DNA of 64,000 nt, from assembly GCF_963921235.1 (NCBI RefSeq), contig NC_086097.1:104224001-104288000 (forward strand), in the 5' to 3' direction. How positions within the stretch are numbered: position 1 is the stretch's first letter; each line of letters begins with the position of its first letter. Below are positions 52,222 to 64,000 of this stretch, piece by piece. The position numbers and the translations under genes were made by a program. The stretch is from Mobula hypostoma (lineage: Eukaryota). The notes under the pieces were generated by a model that worked only from the letters and a program-made list of their open reading frames with translations, was not told the DNA's origin and did not search any database.

Positions 52222-54510
52222 AGACCATAAGACAGAGGAGCAGAATTAGTCCATTTAGCCCATCAAGTCTGCTCAATCATTCCATCATCCCTCTCAACCT
52301 CATTCTCCTGACCTCCCCATAACCTTTGAGACCCTTAATAATCAAAAACCTATCAGCCTCTGCTTTAAATGTACCCAGCCTGCACAGCTGTCTGTGGCAA
52401 TGAATTCCACAGATTCAAAACCCTCCAGCTGAAGAAATGCCTCCTCATCTCTCATATAAATGAACATCCTTTTTTTTTTCTGAGGCTGTGCCCTCTGGTC
52501 CTAGATTCCCCCACTATAGGAGACATTCTCTCCACACCCACTCTATCTAGGCCTTTCAATATTCGATAGCTTCAAAGAGATTCCCCCCCCCCCCCCCCGG
52601 ATTCCTCTAACCTCCAGTGATTATAAGACAGGCCCAGAGCCATCAAGTATTCCTCATATGTTAATCTTTTCATTCTGGGATAATTTTCTTGAGCCTCCTC
52701 TGGACCATCTCCAATGTCAGCATCTTTTCTTGGATAAGGGGCCCAAACCTGCTCACAAAACAAATGCTGTCTGACCAATGCCTTATAAAGCCTCAGCATT
52801 ACAGCTTTGCTTTTATATACTAGTCCGCCTGAAATGAAAGTTAAAATTGTGTTTGCCGGTCTTACCACCAACTCGACCTACAAGTTAACCTTTCAGGAAT
52901 CCTGCACGAGGACTCACAAGACTTCTTGTACCTTGCATTATTTGAATTTTCTCCTCATTTAGAAAATAGTCCACACCTATATTTCTTCTACCAAAGTGCA
53001 TGAACATACACTTCCATACGCTATATTCCATCTGCCACTTTGCCCATTCTCTTAGTCTGCCCAAGTCCTTCTGCAGACTCCCTGCACTCTCAAAATTATC
53101 TGCCCATCCGCCTATCTTTGTATTGTTTGCAATCTTGGCCATAAAGCCATCATTTCCATCATTCAAGTCATTGACATATAATAAGAAAAGAAGTGATCCC
53201 AACACTGACCTTTATTCCCACTCTTTTTCTCCTGCCAGTCAGCCAATCGTTTATCCGTTCATTCCTGTAATACCACGGGCGCTTACCTTGTTTAGGAGCC
53301 TAATGTGCGGCTCCTTGTCAAACACCTTCTGAAAATCCAAGGAAGCAACATCCACTGACTCTTCTTTGCCTATCTTGCCTGTTATTGCCTCAAAAAATTC
53401 CAACTGATTTGTCAGGCAAAATTTACCCTTAAGGAAACAATGTAAACTTTGGTCTGTTTTATCATGTGCATCCAAGTATCCTAAAACCTTTTCCTTAATA
53501 ATGAACTCCAGCACTTCCCAAGCACTGAAACCAGGTTAACTGGCTGTAATATCTTTTCTTTTGCCTCCCTCCCTCCAGATGGAGCAGCCTCAATAGGCCA
53601 AATGGCCTAATTCTGCTCCAATGTCTTATGGTCTTTAATTGTGGAGTGACATTTGCAATTGACCAGTACTGTGGAACCATTTGAGAATTTAGTGATTTGT
53701 GAAAGATCACTACTAATATCTCAACAACCTCTTCAGCAACCTCCTTCTGACCTCTTGGATGTAGCCAATCTGGTCCAGGTGACGTTTACATTCGGACCTT
53801 TCAGCATTCCAAGCATCCCTCCTTAGTAATGACAACTACACTCACTTCTGCCCCCGGAACTCAATTTTCTGGCACTCTGCTGATGTCTTCTACATTGAAG
53901 ACTGACACAAAATACATAAGATTTCCACCATTTTTGTCCCCTATTGCTACCTTGGGTATCCTGTTTTATATTATTGGTCAGCTTATCCTCATATTTCATT
54001 TTTTCTTTGCTCTTTGCTTTTTTAGTTGCCTTATGTTTGTTTTTTAAAAGCTTTCCAATCCTCTAATTTCCCAATGATCTTTTAGATGTTATATGTCCTG
54101 TCTTTTGCTTTTATGCTGTCTTTGACTTGTCAGCTACGGTTTCCTCACCCTCCCTTTAGGATACTTCTTCTTTGGGATCTATCTATCCTTCACGTTAAGA
54201 ATTGCTTCCAGAAACTCCAGCCATTGCTGTTCTGCTGACATCTCTCATAGTGTCCCCTTCCAATCAACTTTGGCCAGCTCCTGCCTCATGCCTCTAATTC
54301 CATTTACTCCACTGTAATACTGATACATCTGACTTTGGCTTTGTCCTCTCAAACTTCTGTGATATGAGGAGCACTACCTCCTAAGGGTTCTTTTACCTTA
54401 ACTCCTTAGTCAAATCTAGTTCATTACACAACACGCAATCCAAATTGCTTCTTTTCCCTCAGGCTCAACCACAAGCTGCTCTGAAAAGTCATATCATAGA
54501 AGTTCCTTCT
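52222..54510 (-). mobile_element. Degenerate CR1 ORF2 and 3' UTR
   Basis: DFQKVFDK, GSLLFLLYVNDL, WQMEYSV and LYKALVR in ORFs 52572-53710; tail AGACCATAAGAC at the left end. Confidence 0.85.
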
Positions 54511-55534
54511 CTTGAGAATATGGAGGTATGAACAGCTTGAACAGATTGTATGGAAGGTATTAGTGTTTATTTGTGTCAGGACAAAAACCTATCAATTTTT
54601 ATTCTTTTCTAACAGATATTTTCCATAGATTTCTATAACATACTGTTTAGACCACAGCTGGAGTATCATATGCAGCTCACTGGAGAGGAGGCAGAACAAT
54701 TCACTAGGAGGAGAGACTGGATAGGCTGGGTTTGTTTTCCTGGAACAGAGGTTGAGGTCTACCTGATACAAATATACAAAATTATGATGGGCATAGGGTA
54801 ATAAAAATAAATAATAAACATATGTCCATGAAGTATCTTTATAAGACAGGGTAGATATTTGAGATGAGAGTTGAGGATTTTTTTCACTGGGACAGTGGTT
54901 GGAATCTGGAATACATTTGCCTGAGGGGGAGTGGAGGTGAAGAGTGTCAAAACATTAAGTTGCATCTGGATGAACATGTGAGTTGCCAAGGCATAACAGG
55001 CTATGGCCAAGTTTGGTAAATGATATTAATATAGTTGAGTACTTGATATTTAGCATGGCAGGTTGGGCTGGAAGGCTTGTTTCTGTGCTCTGTGGATCTA
55101 TTTTGGGTTCCAGCATCTACATTTATTTGAATTTCAGCTGATTGTGGTCATATACTCAATCCTGTCCAAAGCAAGGGAGGCACTAGAGGTCTGAAGAAGT
55201 TAAATGTAAATGCAAAGTATAAGGCTCTGTTCCAGGCAATTGTAGGTCAGTCAATTTAGTCTGAGCCAGGGAAATTTATAGAACGAACAGTCATAGGATA
55301 ATAGACATGGAGAAGTCGAATTAATAATGAAGTGTCAATATGGATGAAGATAAATTATTGAGGTAACACAGTTGTTGAAGTGGGTGTAGTTAATATTATT
55401 TGCTTGGATCTTGATAGTATTTGATCAATCTCACAGAGAAGGTGGTCTCATAGACTTGAGGCCCAATGAATAAAAGGGTCACTGAAAAAATATTGATTTA
55501 AATGCAGAAATTGATGTCATGGTAAATGTTGGAG

Positions 55535-55995
55535 ATATAAGACTGCAAATGCTGCAGTCTGGAGCAATACACAAAATTGCTGGAGGAATTCAGAGTTGAG
55601 TACCATCGGTGGAAGGAATGTCGAAATTCTGTATCAGTCCACAGATGCCATTCAATCTGTTGAGTTCCCCAGCAGATTGTTTCATGGTTTCCTTTTATTT
55701 TATCTTGTACACAATATATGATAAAATTTAAATTTTAAATTCAGCTGACTATTCTTTATTTGCAGGTATAGTTAAAACTGAGGTCGTAGTTTTGGGTTTT
55801 AAGACATAGGTTTCCATGTGAGCACACACAGAAGTCAATGAAATGTAATACAGCAGTAATATGTATTGACAGAAAAATCAGGAGAGAGAATAACAAGCCC
55901 AAAATGCAGGAGGAACTCAGCAGGTCAGGCAGCATCTTTGGAGGGAAATAAACAGCCAATGTTTCGGACCAAGACCCTTCATCCGGAGAATAAAG
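55535..55995. mobile_element. Two old Penelope-like terminal-repeat remnants
   Basis: 55535-55682 is a decayed fold-back. 55890-55990 resembles the 46302 terminus and includes a mutated hammerhead core on the minus strand (CCGGATGAAGGGTCTTGGTCCGAAAC). Confidence 0.55.
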
Positions 55996-56312
55996 TAGTA
56001 CCATTATAAAGGACTGGGAGGAACAGATGGACCCATGGTAAGTGTATGCAGAAATTGTTGCAGCGCTGAGACAACAGTGAGAATAAAAGGTGAGAAGAGA
56101 TTTAAGAGGTACCGAATGTTGTGCATTTGGAAGGAATCTATTTATCCATTTGTAGGTAACTTGAGGACTAGGTTATGAAGATTCAAAACCATGAGAAAGG
56201 TGTGAGGAAAACTTTGAACAGGAAATTCTTGCAAGTGACTGTTCTTGCAGATGGTCAATCTGAGCTTTCTGAAGAGAGTTGGAATGAACCAAGACTTCTT
56301 CCTATGCCATTA

Positions 56313-58616
56313 TAGAAACATAGAAACATAGAAAATAGGTGCAGGAGTAGGCCATTCGGCCCTTCGAGCCTGCACCGCCATTTATTATGATCATGGCTGA
56401 TCATCCAACTCAGAACCCCGCCCCAGCCTTTCCTCCATACCCCCTGACCCCTGTAGCCACAAGGGCCATATCTAACTCCCTCTTAAACATAGCCAATGAA
56501 CTGGCCTCAACAGTTTCCTGTGGCAGAGAATTCCACAGATTCACCACTCTCTGTGTGAAGAAGTTTTTCCTCATCTCGGTCCTAAAAGGCTTCCCCTCTA
56601 TCCTCAAACTGTGACCCCTCGTTCTGGACTTCCCAACATCGGGAACAACCTTCCTGCATCTAGCCTGTCCAATCCCTTTAGGATCTTATACGTTTCAATC
56701 AGATCCCCCCTCAATCTTCTAAATTCCAACGAGTACAAGCCCAGTTCATCCAGTCTTTCTTCATATGAAAGTCCTGCCATCCCAGGAATCAATCTGGTGA
56801 ACCTTCTTTGTACTCCCTCTATGGCAAAGATGTCTTTCCTCAGATTAGGGCACCAAAACTGCACACAATACTCCAGGTGTGGTCTCACCAAGGCCTTGTA
56901 CAACTGCAGTAGTACCTCCCTGCTCCTGTACTCGAATCCTCTCGCTATAAATGCCAGCATACCATTTGCCTTTTTCACCGCCTGCTGTACCTGCATGCCC
57001 ACTTTCAATGACTGGTGTATAATGACACCCAGGTCTCGTTGCACCTCCCCTTTTCCTAATCGGCCACCATTCAGATAATAATCTGTTTTCCTATTTTTGC
57101 CACCAAAGTGGATAACTTCACATTTATCCACATTAAATTGCATCTGCCATGAGTTTGCCCACTCACCCAACCTATCCAAGTCACCCTGCATCCTCTTAGC
57201 ATCCTCCTCACTGCTAACACTGTCACCCAGCTTCGTGTCATCCACAAACTTGGAGATGCTGCATTTAATTCCCTCATCCAAGTCATTAATATATATTGTA
57301 AACAACTGGGGTCCCAGCACTGAGCCTTGCGGTACCCCACTAGTCACCGCCTGCCATTCTGAAAAGGTCCCATTTATTCCCACTCTTTGCTTCCTGTCTG
57401 CTAACCAATTCTCCACCCACACCAATACCTTACCCCCAATACCGTTTGCTTTAAGTTTCCACACTAATCTCCTGTGTGGGACCTTGTCAAAAGCCTTTTG
57501 AAAATCCAAATATACCACATCCACTGGTTCTCCCCTATCCACTCTACTAGTTACATCGTCAAAAAATTCTATGAGATTCGTCAGACATGACTTTCCTTTC
57601 ACAAATCCATGCTGACTTTGTCCGATCATTTCACTGCTTTCCAAATGTGCTGTTATCACATCCTTGATAACTGACTCCAGCAGTTTCCCCACCACCGACG
57701 TTAGGCTAACCGGTCTATAATTCCCCGGTTTCTCTCTCCCTCCTTTTTTAAAAAGTGGGGTTACATTAGCCACCCTCCAATCCTCAGGAACTAGTCCAGA
57801 ATCTAACGAGTTTTGAAAAATTATCACTAATGCATCCACTATTTCTTGGGCTACTTCCTTAAGCACTCTAGGATGCAGACCATCTGGCCCTGGGGATTTA
57901 TCTGCCTTCAATCTCTTCAATTTACCTAACACCACTTCCCTACTAACATGTATTTCGCTCAGTTCCTCCATCTCACTGGACCCTCTGTCCCTTACTATTT
58001 CTGGAAGATTATTTATGTCCTCCTTAGTGAAGACAGAACCAAAGTAATTATTCAATTGGTCTGCCATGTCCTTGCTCCCCATAATCAATTCACCTGTTTC
58101 TGTCTGCAGGGGACCTACATTTGTCTTTACCAGTCTTTTCCTTTTTACATATCTATAAAAGCTTTTACAGTCCGTTTTTATGTTCCCTGCCAGTTTTCTC
58201 TCATAATCTTTTTTCCCCTTCCTAATTAAGCCCTTTGTCCTCCTCTGCTGAACTCTGAATTTCTCCCAGTCCTCAGGTGAGCCACTTTCTCTGGCTAATT
58301 TGTATGCTACTTCTTTGGAATTGATACTATCCCTAATTTCTCTTGTCAGCCACGGGTGCACTACCTTCCTTGATTTATTCTTTTGCCAAACTGGGATGAA
58401 CAATTGTTGTAGTTCATCCATGCAACCTTTAAATGCTTGCCATTGCATATCCACCGTCAATCCTTTAAGTGTCATTTGCCAGTCTATCTTAGCTAATTCA
58501 CGTCTCATACCTTCAAAGTTACCCCTCTTTAAGTTCAGAACCTTTGTTTCTGAATTAACTATGTCACTCTCCATCTTAATGAAGAATTCCACCATATTAT
58601 GGTCACTCTTACCCAA
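56313..58616 (-). mobile_element. Young 5'-truncated CR1 LINE; 670-aa open ORF2 segment (endonuclease end, tether, full RT)
   Basis: ORF 56604-58616 contains [42 protein letters not shown] and KFVDDTK. One frameshift near the C-terminus; (TTCTATGT)n tail. Confidence 0.97.
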
Positions 58617-60355
58617 TTATGTACTGATTCCTGGCCCTTCAAGAAAACTTGTGACCCTTTTGCCAATCAGAGTTTCTCCCTGTGGCCAAAACTGGCTGCA
58701 TCTCAATGTAAACTGGCCTGTGGCTTCTCACCCCTATTCTTCCTCCATCAACAAGACTATAGTTTAGTGTGATTTCTGCAGATTAATTCCTGTTACACTT
58801 TTGTCTCTTGATTCCTAATCTGACCAATCTACCAATTTGGTTCCATTCCAGAGAAGAGGCTAGCAATTAATGTGTGTGACCTCTGCCTTCTTGAGGTTTC
58901 AAGACTTGGCATGCTGATTGGCTCCCAACTCAGTAAGTCTCAGCCTTTAATGAGACATTCTCTGGAGTCTTCAGTAATATAAGAATATACTAAAGTACTT
59001 GACTGGCATTCTGATCATTTTCTGCATGTTGAAGGTATGGTGAAATGAAATTTGTGTAGTGTGACAAATGCTTTAGTCGAAAACAAATTTCCAGCTTCTT
59101 TGCAGCCATGTTGAAACTTCCCTCATTATCGATCTTTTCTATCCAGATAAATAAAAGTAGGTGATAGTTGGGCAGTTAGTTTTTCACCCTGCTGATGCAA
59201 TGAATGAATTTTAAAATCCAGAGGTGTGTGGGCTGTGGTTGCACTGATTGCTCAGAACCTGCTGACCTCCAGCTTTAATTTAACAGGGGAAGCCCAAGTT
59301 GGAAGATGTTCCCAGGATTTGATAACTTAATAATTCAAATTAGTGGTTTGACAAGTTCAACAGTGGCTGGATGCATTCCCCGGACCTTTGTGGTGGGATA
59401 GAACACAGCAAAAGGAAGATGAAGAAACCTGTGGGAGAAGTCTGTTAATGACTTGCTTCCTAACCTGAAGGAGCAAGAGGGCTTCACTTCCATCACCAAA
59501 TGACATTGGTCAGTCCCCATCTCAAGGAAACTGAACTGTTTCTCGTTTGCAGTAATTGCATCTCACATTTAATCACTCCATCTCCTTTCTCTTGGCATTG
59601 ACCTCCAATTGTAATGCGCTCTATAGATCTAGGGGTCCCTTCTTTGTCATTTTGTTGATATTTTTTGCTTATATGGAATATTGAATGGAAAAATACATTT
59701 GTTGGCTCTTGATTTAAAATAAACAATCTCTGTAATGATTCCACTATTTTCACAAGCTGGATAGGGAACCCTGTGTCTCTGACAACCTTCGAAGAAAAGG
59801 TTTGTAAACACTGTAGGAGGCTGTGGTCTGTGGAGGTGAACCATGGAAATGGGCCAACAGGAAACCTGGGAGATACATTTATTCATGTTCCCTGCTGTCA
59901 GGTGGTGAGTAATGTTCCTTTCTCAGGTAATAGAAATGAATCCTAATGCTTTACAGTTACATAATGAACCATAAATCTAACTTAACCAAAGAGTGTATGG
60001 GGAGTGTGGAATTAAAATGGCTTTATTTCCCCAGTAGGAGAAAAACTGCCTGCCATATTAGTGGTGTAACTCCTTGAGTGTCAGTGTTCTGAAACTTCCA
60101 GTTTTTAAAATATATTTTGGTTAAAGTATTGGGTGAGAAATCTTTGCTTTGTGTGTTTAATGGTGTGATTTTTCCTATTCTCTTTCAGTGCCTTAAATCT
60201 GTGGTGTTCATCATTTTGTGTGCTGGTCTATCTGTCCATGAAATCTGATCTTGTTCGCTGCTGTTCTTGCTTGCTAATGTCTTCTTGTTTCCCATCAAGA
60301 GCACTGATTAAATGAAATGATTTGACTAAATTTTTACTTTTCTTTCCTTTTTAAG

Positions 60356-60430
60356 ACCGGAAAGAAGGCAGTGAAGGCTGTACTGTGGGTATCAGCGGAT
60401 GGACTGCGAGTAGTGGATGAGAAAACAAAG
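60356..60430 (+). CDS. numb: Numb next coding exon (TGKKAVKAVLWVSADGLRVVDEKTK), PTB domain
   Basis: Long polypyrimidine tract ending ttttaAG (60354-60355) and donor AAG|GTCAGT. 75 nt, phase 0, matches NUMB. Confidence 0.97.
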
Positions 60431-60984
60431 GTCAGTTTATTGTTTATTTTTGGCTGTTTCTTTTTGACTCTACAGTCTCTGTACAGCATTGCTTTTCTTT
60501 CCAGTTTGAGATAACCTTAATTAACACTTAATATCTTTAATTGCTTTTTAAAATTACAACATGGATTTAATTTCCAGATTGTTTAATGTAGAGGAAATTA
60601 ACTTTTGCTGGTACATTGCAGAAGCAAATTAGCCTTGTGTTTTCTGCAATGTATTGCTCATTTTACCCACACCCTATGCCATCAATCATTTTTCATTCTG
60701 ATTTAACTCAGCTGATTCCAGTTTGATTCAGTTCTACTTGAGTCAAACTGAGGCTAAACCTTATCTGAGTATCTAGACAATTAGGAGTATTTAAGAAATA
60801 TTTAAAATGAGTTTTTAAAAAAGTTTGGCTAAAACAACTTAAAAATTAATAAAAATATTAAACATATTTTAGATAATTCTGGCTTTGCTTTTATGCTCCA
60901 CCATTCTGCAATCTCTTTTGAAATCAGTGGTTCAACTTTTAATTTTGTTGCCATGAGTTTGTTGGAGTCAACCATGGATATTTC

Positions 60985-61538
60985 GTCCTCACTGTCTACA
61001 TGATACAAAAGCCAGGGCAATACGATATGGAGAGCAAGCTGTTGTTAATGCAGCAGGCTCCCCCTCTCCACGCAGCTAATGAACCCAAAGAAATGGCAGA
61101 GACCAATACAGTTTGGCACCAGTGGCATTGCAGGAGTTGCCAGTCAATGTTGAGCTCAACGTACGGCTACCTTAGGGACTCCAGGTCTGGATTTTTCCTC
61201 TGGGTTTACTCCCAAAGTCTTCCCGATGAGAGGGTATAGCCACAAGGCAGTGGAGTTTTAAAATCAGAGTTTTTCTTCTCTTAAATGATCTACCAACCAT
61301 GGCTGATGAGCCCCTTCTGGCTGAAGTGACTGGTTTTAAAGTACCAGTAACCTGCCTTTGCCCCTTTTCCTATCAATAGAAACAGTTCCACATTACTTAC
61401 TTGTTAAGCTACACATGAAGGCCAGGACCTGGACTTGGTTGTCAGAGGCTATTTGAGATCTACGCCATTAGGAGCATTTAAAAGGTAGTGGGAGCAAATC
61501 CCCACTACTTCCCCCGGCTATGAAACCTTAAGGAACCT
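60985..61538 (-). repeat. Probable non-coding 5' region of an RTE-clade retroelement
   Basis: GC-richer block in AT-rich intron. The resemblance to RTE 5' UTRs is from memory only. Hairpin GTAGTGGG/CCCACTAC at 61485-61508. Confidence 0.4.
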
Positions 61539-62994
61539 TGCTGTCATAAGCATGCATAAACAGTGTAAATGCCATGAAAATTTGCTTTCTGTAGTAATTG
61601 CACAGCATATTATAAAAAGAGGATAAACATAATAAATTATACATAACTACCACACATGCAAAATAAACATAATGACACAAGTGTAATTTTAGTGTTCCAT
61701 GCCATGTCTAACCAATGTAGGATCCTTGAGTGGATTTCCCAACATGAATGCTGGTGAATCACAGCAAAATGCTTTTTTGCTTCTGAGCTCCATGAGGAAT
61801 CTAGCAGTAGGCCACAGCTCATATATGATGAGTAGTGCTTGCCTGGTGAGTTCACAAAACTTGCTGACATTTACATTCAGAACTGCCATTAGTTCCATGT
61901 GGAACGGATAGAAATTATCAGCAAATCTGGGACACTGCAAGTAGTGAGACTGTGTTATAAGTGCATTTTGATGATCCATTGATCAAAATAAAAATTATTT
62001 TACTTAAAAAATGTGGTGAACTTCTGCCTTTGATACAATTTAAACCTGAAAGAGTAGTTCGCTTTGCTGATACAGTTTATAAATGTCACTAATGGAACCA
62101 AGTCCAGAAATGATTAGTTTCATTTCTCTTACAATAACTGTATTAAGTAACTTGACTTTCCTTTCTGTCTCCTGGTAGTGAGGCTTACACTGTTGAGTCT
62201 TGGCAGAAAAATTGTGCATGATCTCTTTCATTCATAGACTTCTCACCGTGGCGTTCTTTCAGCATGCTTTTGAAATAGCTATGGCACCTATCTTCTACAA
62301 TTCTATATTTGTCCCGACTTGTTCATACAGTTACTTCATCATAACTGTATCACCAAAGAAAAAGCTGGTGAAAGTGGGATTCTTGAACACTGGGAAGATG
62401 ACAATGCAAATTCATATGTGAAAATCAGAATAACTACAGATATCAGTAAGCTTACATTTTAAAAAAAAAACACAATGTTGGAACTATTGAGCTTTTCAGG
62501 CTGTGGGACCTGATGGAGGATCTTCGACTTCAAACTTTAACACTGCCACTCTCATAGTCCTCTGCCACCTTGTTCAGTGGTAAAACGTCAGTTGTTGTGC
62601 AGGTGATAATATTCAGCTGGCTGAAAAGGTGACCCTTCCAAGCCCTTGTTCGTATGCTGTGTTTTAATTCTCCTCTTGATCCTCTCTACCAGCACAACCT
62701 CTTTCGTATTAAATGTTATTTTCTCTTATTAGTATTCCAGCAAAAATATGTGGTTTTCTATGCCTTATGTGGTATCCTAAGAGTTAGTGAAGCAGTCACT
62801 TTTCAGAACAGTAATATCAATTGCCCCTTGTCTCTTGAATCTTTGCTGTTTCTAATGAGAACTGGACTTGTCAGTGGTCTCCTGTCTAACTCAGCATTCC
62901 AACTGCTATACTGCCATAGTTACTCTAATTGCAGTTGAATACTTGTAACAGCAGTTCCGTCCCTTTCTCAATGTCTGTATCCCTATCGACAACA

Positions 62995-63490
62995 TCTTTG
63001 TGTGTGATGTTATGGAGGGCTCATCTACTGAGACTATATGGGTGGAATTCAAAAATAAGAAAAGTACAATGGATTTGAGGGGAATATGCTACAGATGCCC
63101 CCCCCACCACTTACCACCACACACACACACACACACCCTCCTCCTCCCCAGTTGGGACATGGAGAAACAGGTACCTAGGCAGGTGAGGGAATGGTGTGAG
63201 AACAACAGGGTTGTTGTAGATACTTTAACTGAATAAAAACAGATTCCTAATACTTATGAGATGAATAAGTGGAGGCAGAAACGATACGGTCTTTTAAGAG
63301 GTTCCTTGACAGGTACATGGAGCTTAGAAAAATAGAGGACTATGGGTAAGCCTAGGTAGTTCTCAGGTAAGGACATGTTCGGCACAGCTTTGTGGGCCAA
63401 AGGGCCTGTATTGTGCCGTAAGTTTTCTATATTCTATGTTCTATTCTCATAAGGCATGCTCCCCAATCCAGGCAACATCCTAATAAATCT
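62995..63490 (+). mobile_element. Short CR1 fragments (endonuclease piece, 3' end with tail, small antisense piece)
   Basis: ETIWVEFKNKK..GICYR; 3' UTR similar to 24900-25060; TTCTATG-type tail at about 63425-63445. Confidence 0.7.
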
Positions 63491-63574
63491 CAAATACTTG
63501 ACAATTTCCACAGCCTTACATTAATAATATATTCTGCCATCATATTTGACCTACCAAAATGAATCACCTCACAG

Positions 63575-64000
63575 ATAGTGGAGAGCACACCTGTGGCTGT
63601 CCCCCTCAGCAACAAATATCTTGTTCTAGATGCTGTTGAGGGGGATGACCTGACGGGACGCCCACGGTGACCGGGTCTCTGGCACTGAGCCTGGCGCTGT
63701 ACTGCAGGAGGGAAGGAGGGAGAAGAGGAATGTGGTAGTCATAGGGGATTCCATAGTCAGGGGAATGGACAGGAGATTCTGTGAGCCTGATAGACATACC
63801 TGCATGGTGTATTGCCTCCCAGGTGCCAGGGTACGGGATGTCTCGGATCAGGTCCAGAATATTCTGAAGGGGGAGGGCGAGCAGCCAGTTGTCTTGGTTG
63901 TTGGTACCAATGACATAGATAGGACAATGGAGGAGGTCCTGAAGAGAGATTTCCGGGAGTAGGAAGGAAGCTGAGAAACAGGACCACCAGGGTAGTAATC
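63575..64000 (+). mobile_element. CR1 ORF1 fragment (SGNH/GDSL esterase-like domain); continues off the window
   Basis: VVIGDSIVRG..CLPGARVRDV..VVGTNDI in ORF 63732-63962. Confidence 0.85.

Noticed and set aside
56604..58616. 670-aa RT ORF as a domesticated gene, retron or diversity-generating retroelement
   Set aside because: It has ordinary CR1 ORF2 motifs, a 5' truncation, a CR1 tail and many decayed relatives in the window.
5939..60430. Calling the gene numb-like (numbl)
   Set aside because: The MNKLRQSFRRKKDVYVPE start and the ERKFFK insert exon are characteristic of NUMB; a phylogeny would confirm.
61302..61330. Hammerhead-like CTGATGAGCCCCTTCTGGCTGAAG
   Set aside because: It lacks a proper GAAA, helix III and flanking stem I; probably a chance match.
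328..63987. The remaining short ORFs in the track
   Set aside because: They are antisense or alternative frames of transposon fragments, or random intronic ORFs with no recognisable domain or splice support.

Overview
This is eukaryotic, intron-rich DNA. The mix of CR1, Rex1, Penelope-like and V-SINE-like repeats suggests a cartilaginous fish (inference). The only host gene I can support is numb on the + strand. Four phase-0 coding exons (5939-6064, 14619-14693, a 33-nt microexon at 49010-49042, 60356-60430) splice in frame to the first 103 aa of Numb, including most of the PTB domain and the alternative 11-aa insert. The gene extends beyond the window. Most of the rest is intronic transposon debris: nested CR1 LINE fragments (one young copy with a 670-aa RT ORF), Rex1/Babar-type LINEs, Penelope-like elements, SINEs and small DNA-transposon MITEs. 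Three structures stand out. (1) Two Penelope-derived fold-back insertions share one architecture, each with a 13-bp target-site duplication, and carry minimal hammerhead ribozyme motifs; one lies about 1 kb downstream of the microexon. (2) A ~7 kb minisatellite grew from the 36-bp segment encoding the start of a CR1 endonuclease, inside its parent element. (3) A tiny hAT-type MITE was interrupted twice at the same internal site. I see no CRISPR, rRNA, tRNA or prokaryotic system, and nothing I can show to be a new biological system. Repeat family names come from motif recognition, not database searches, and most repeat boundaries are approximate.
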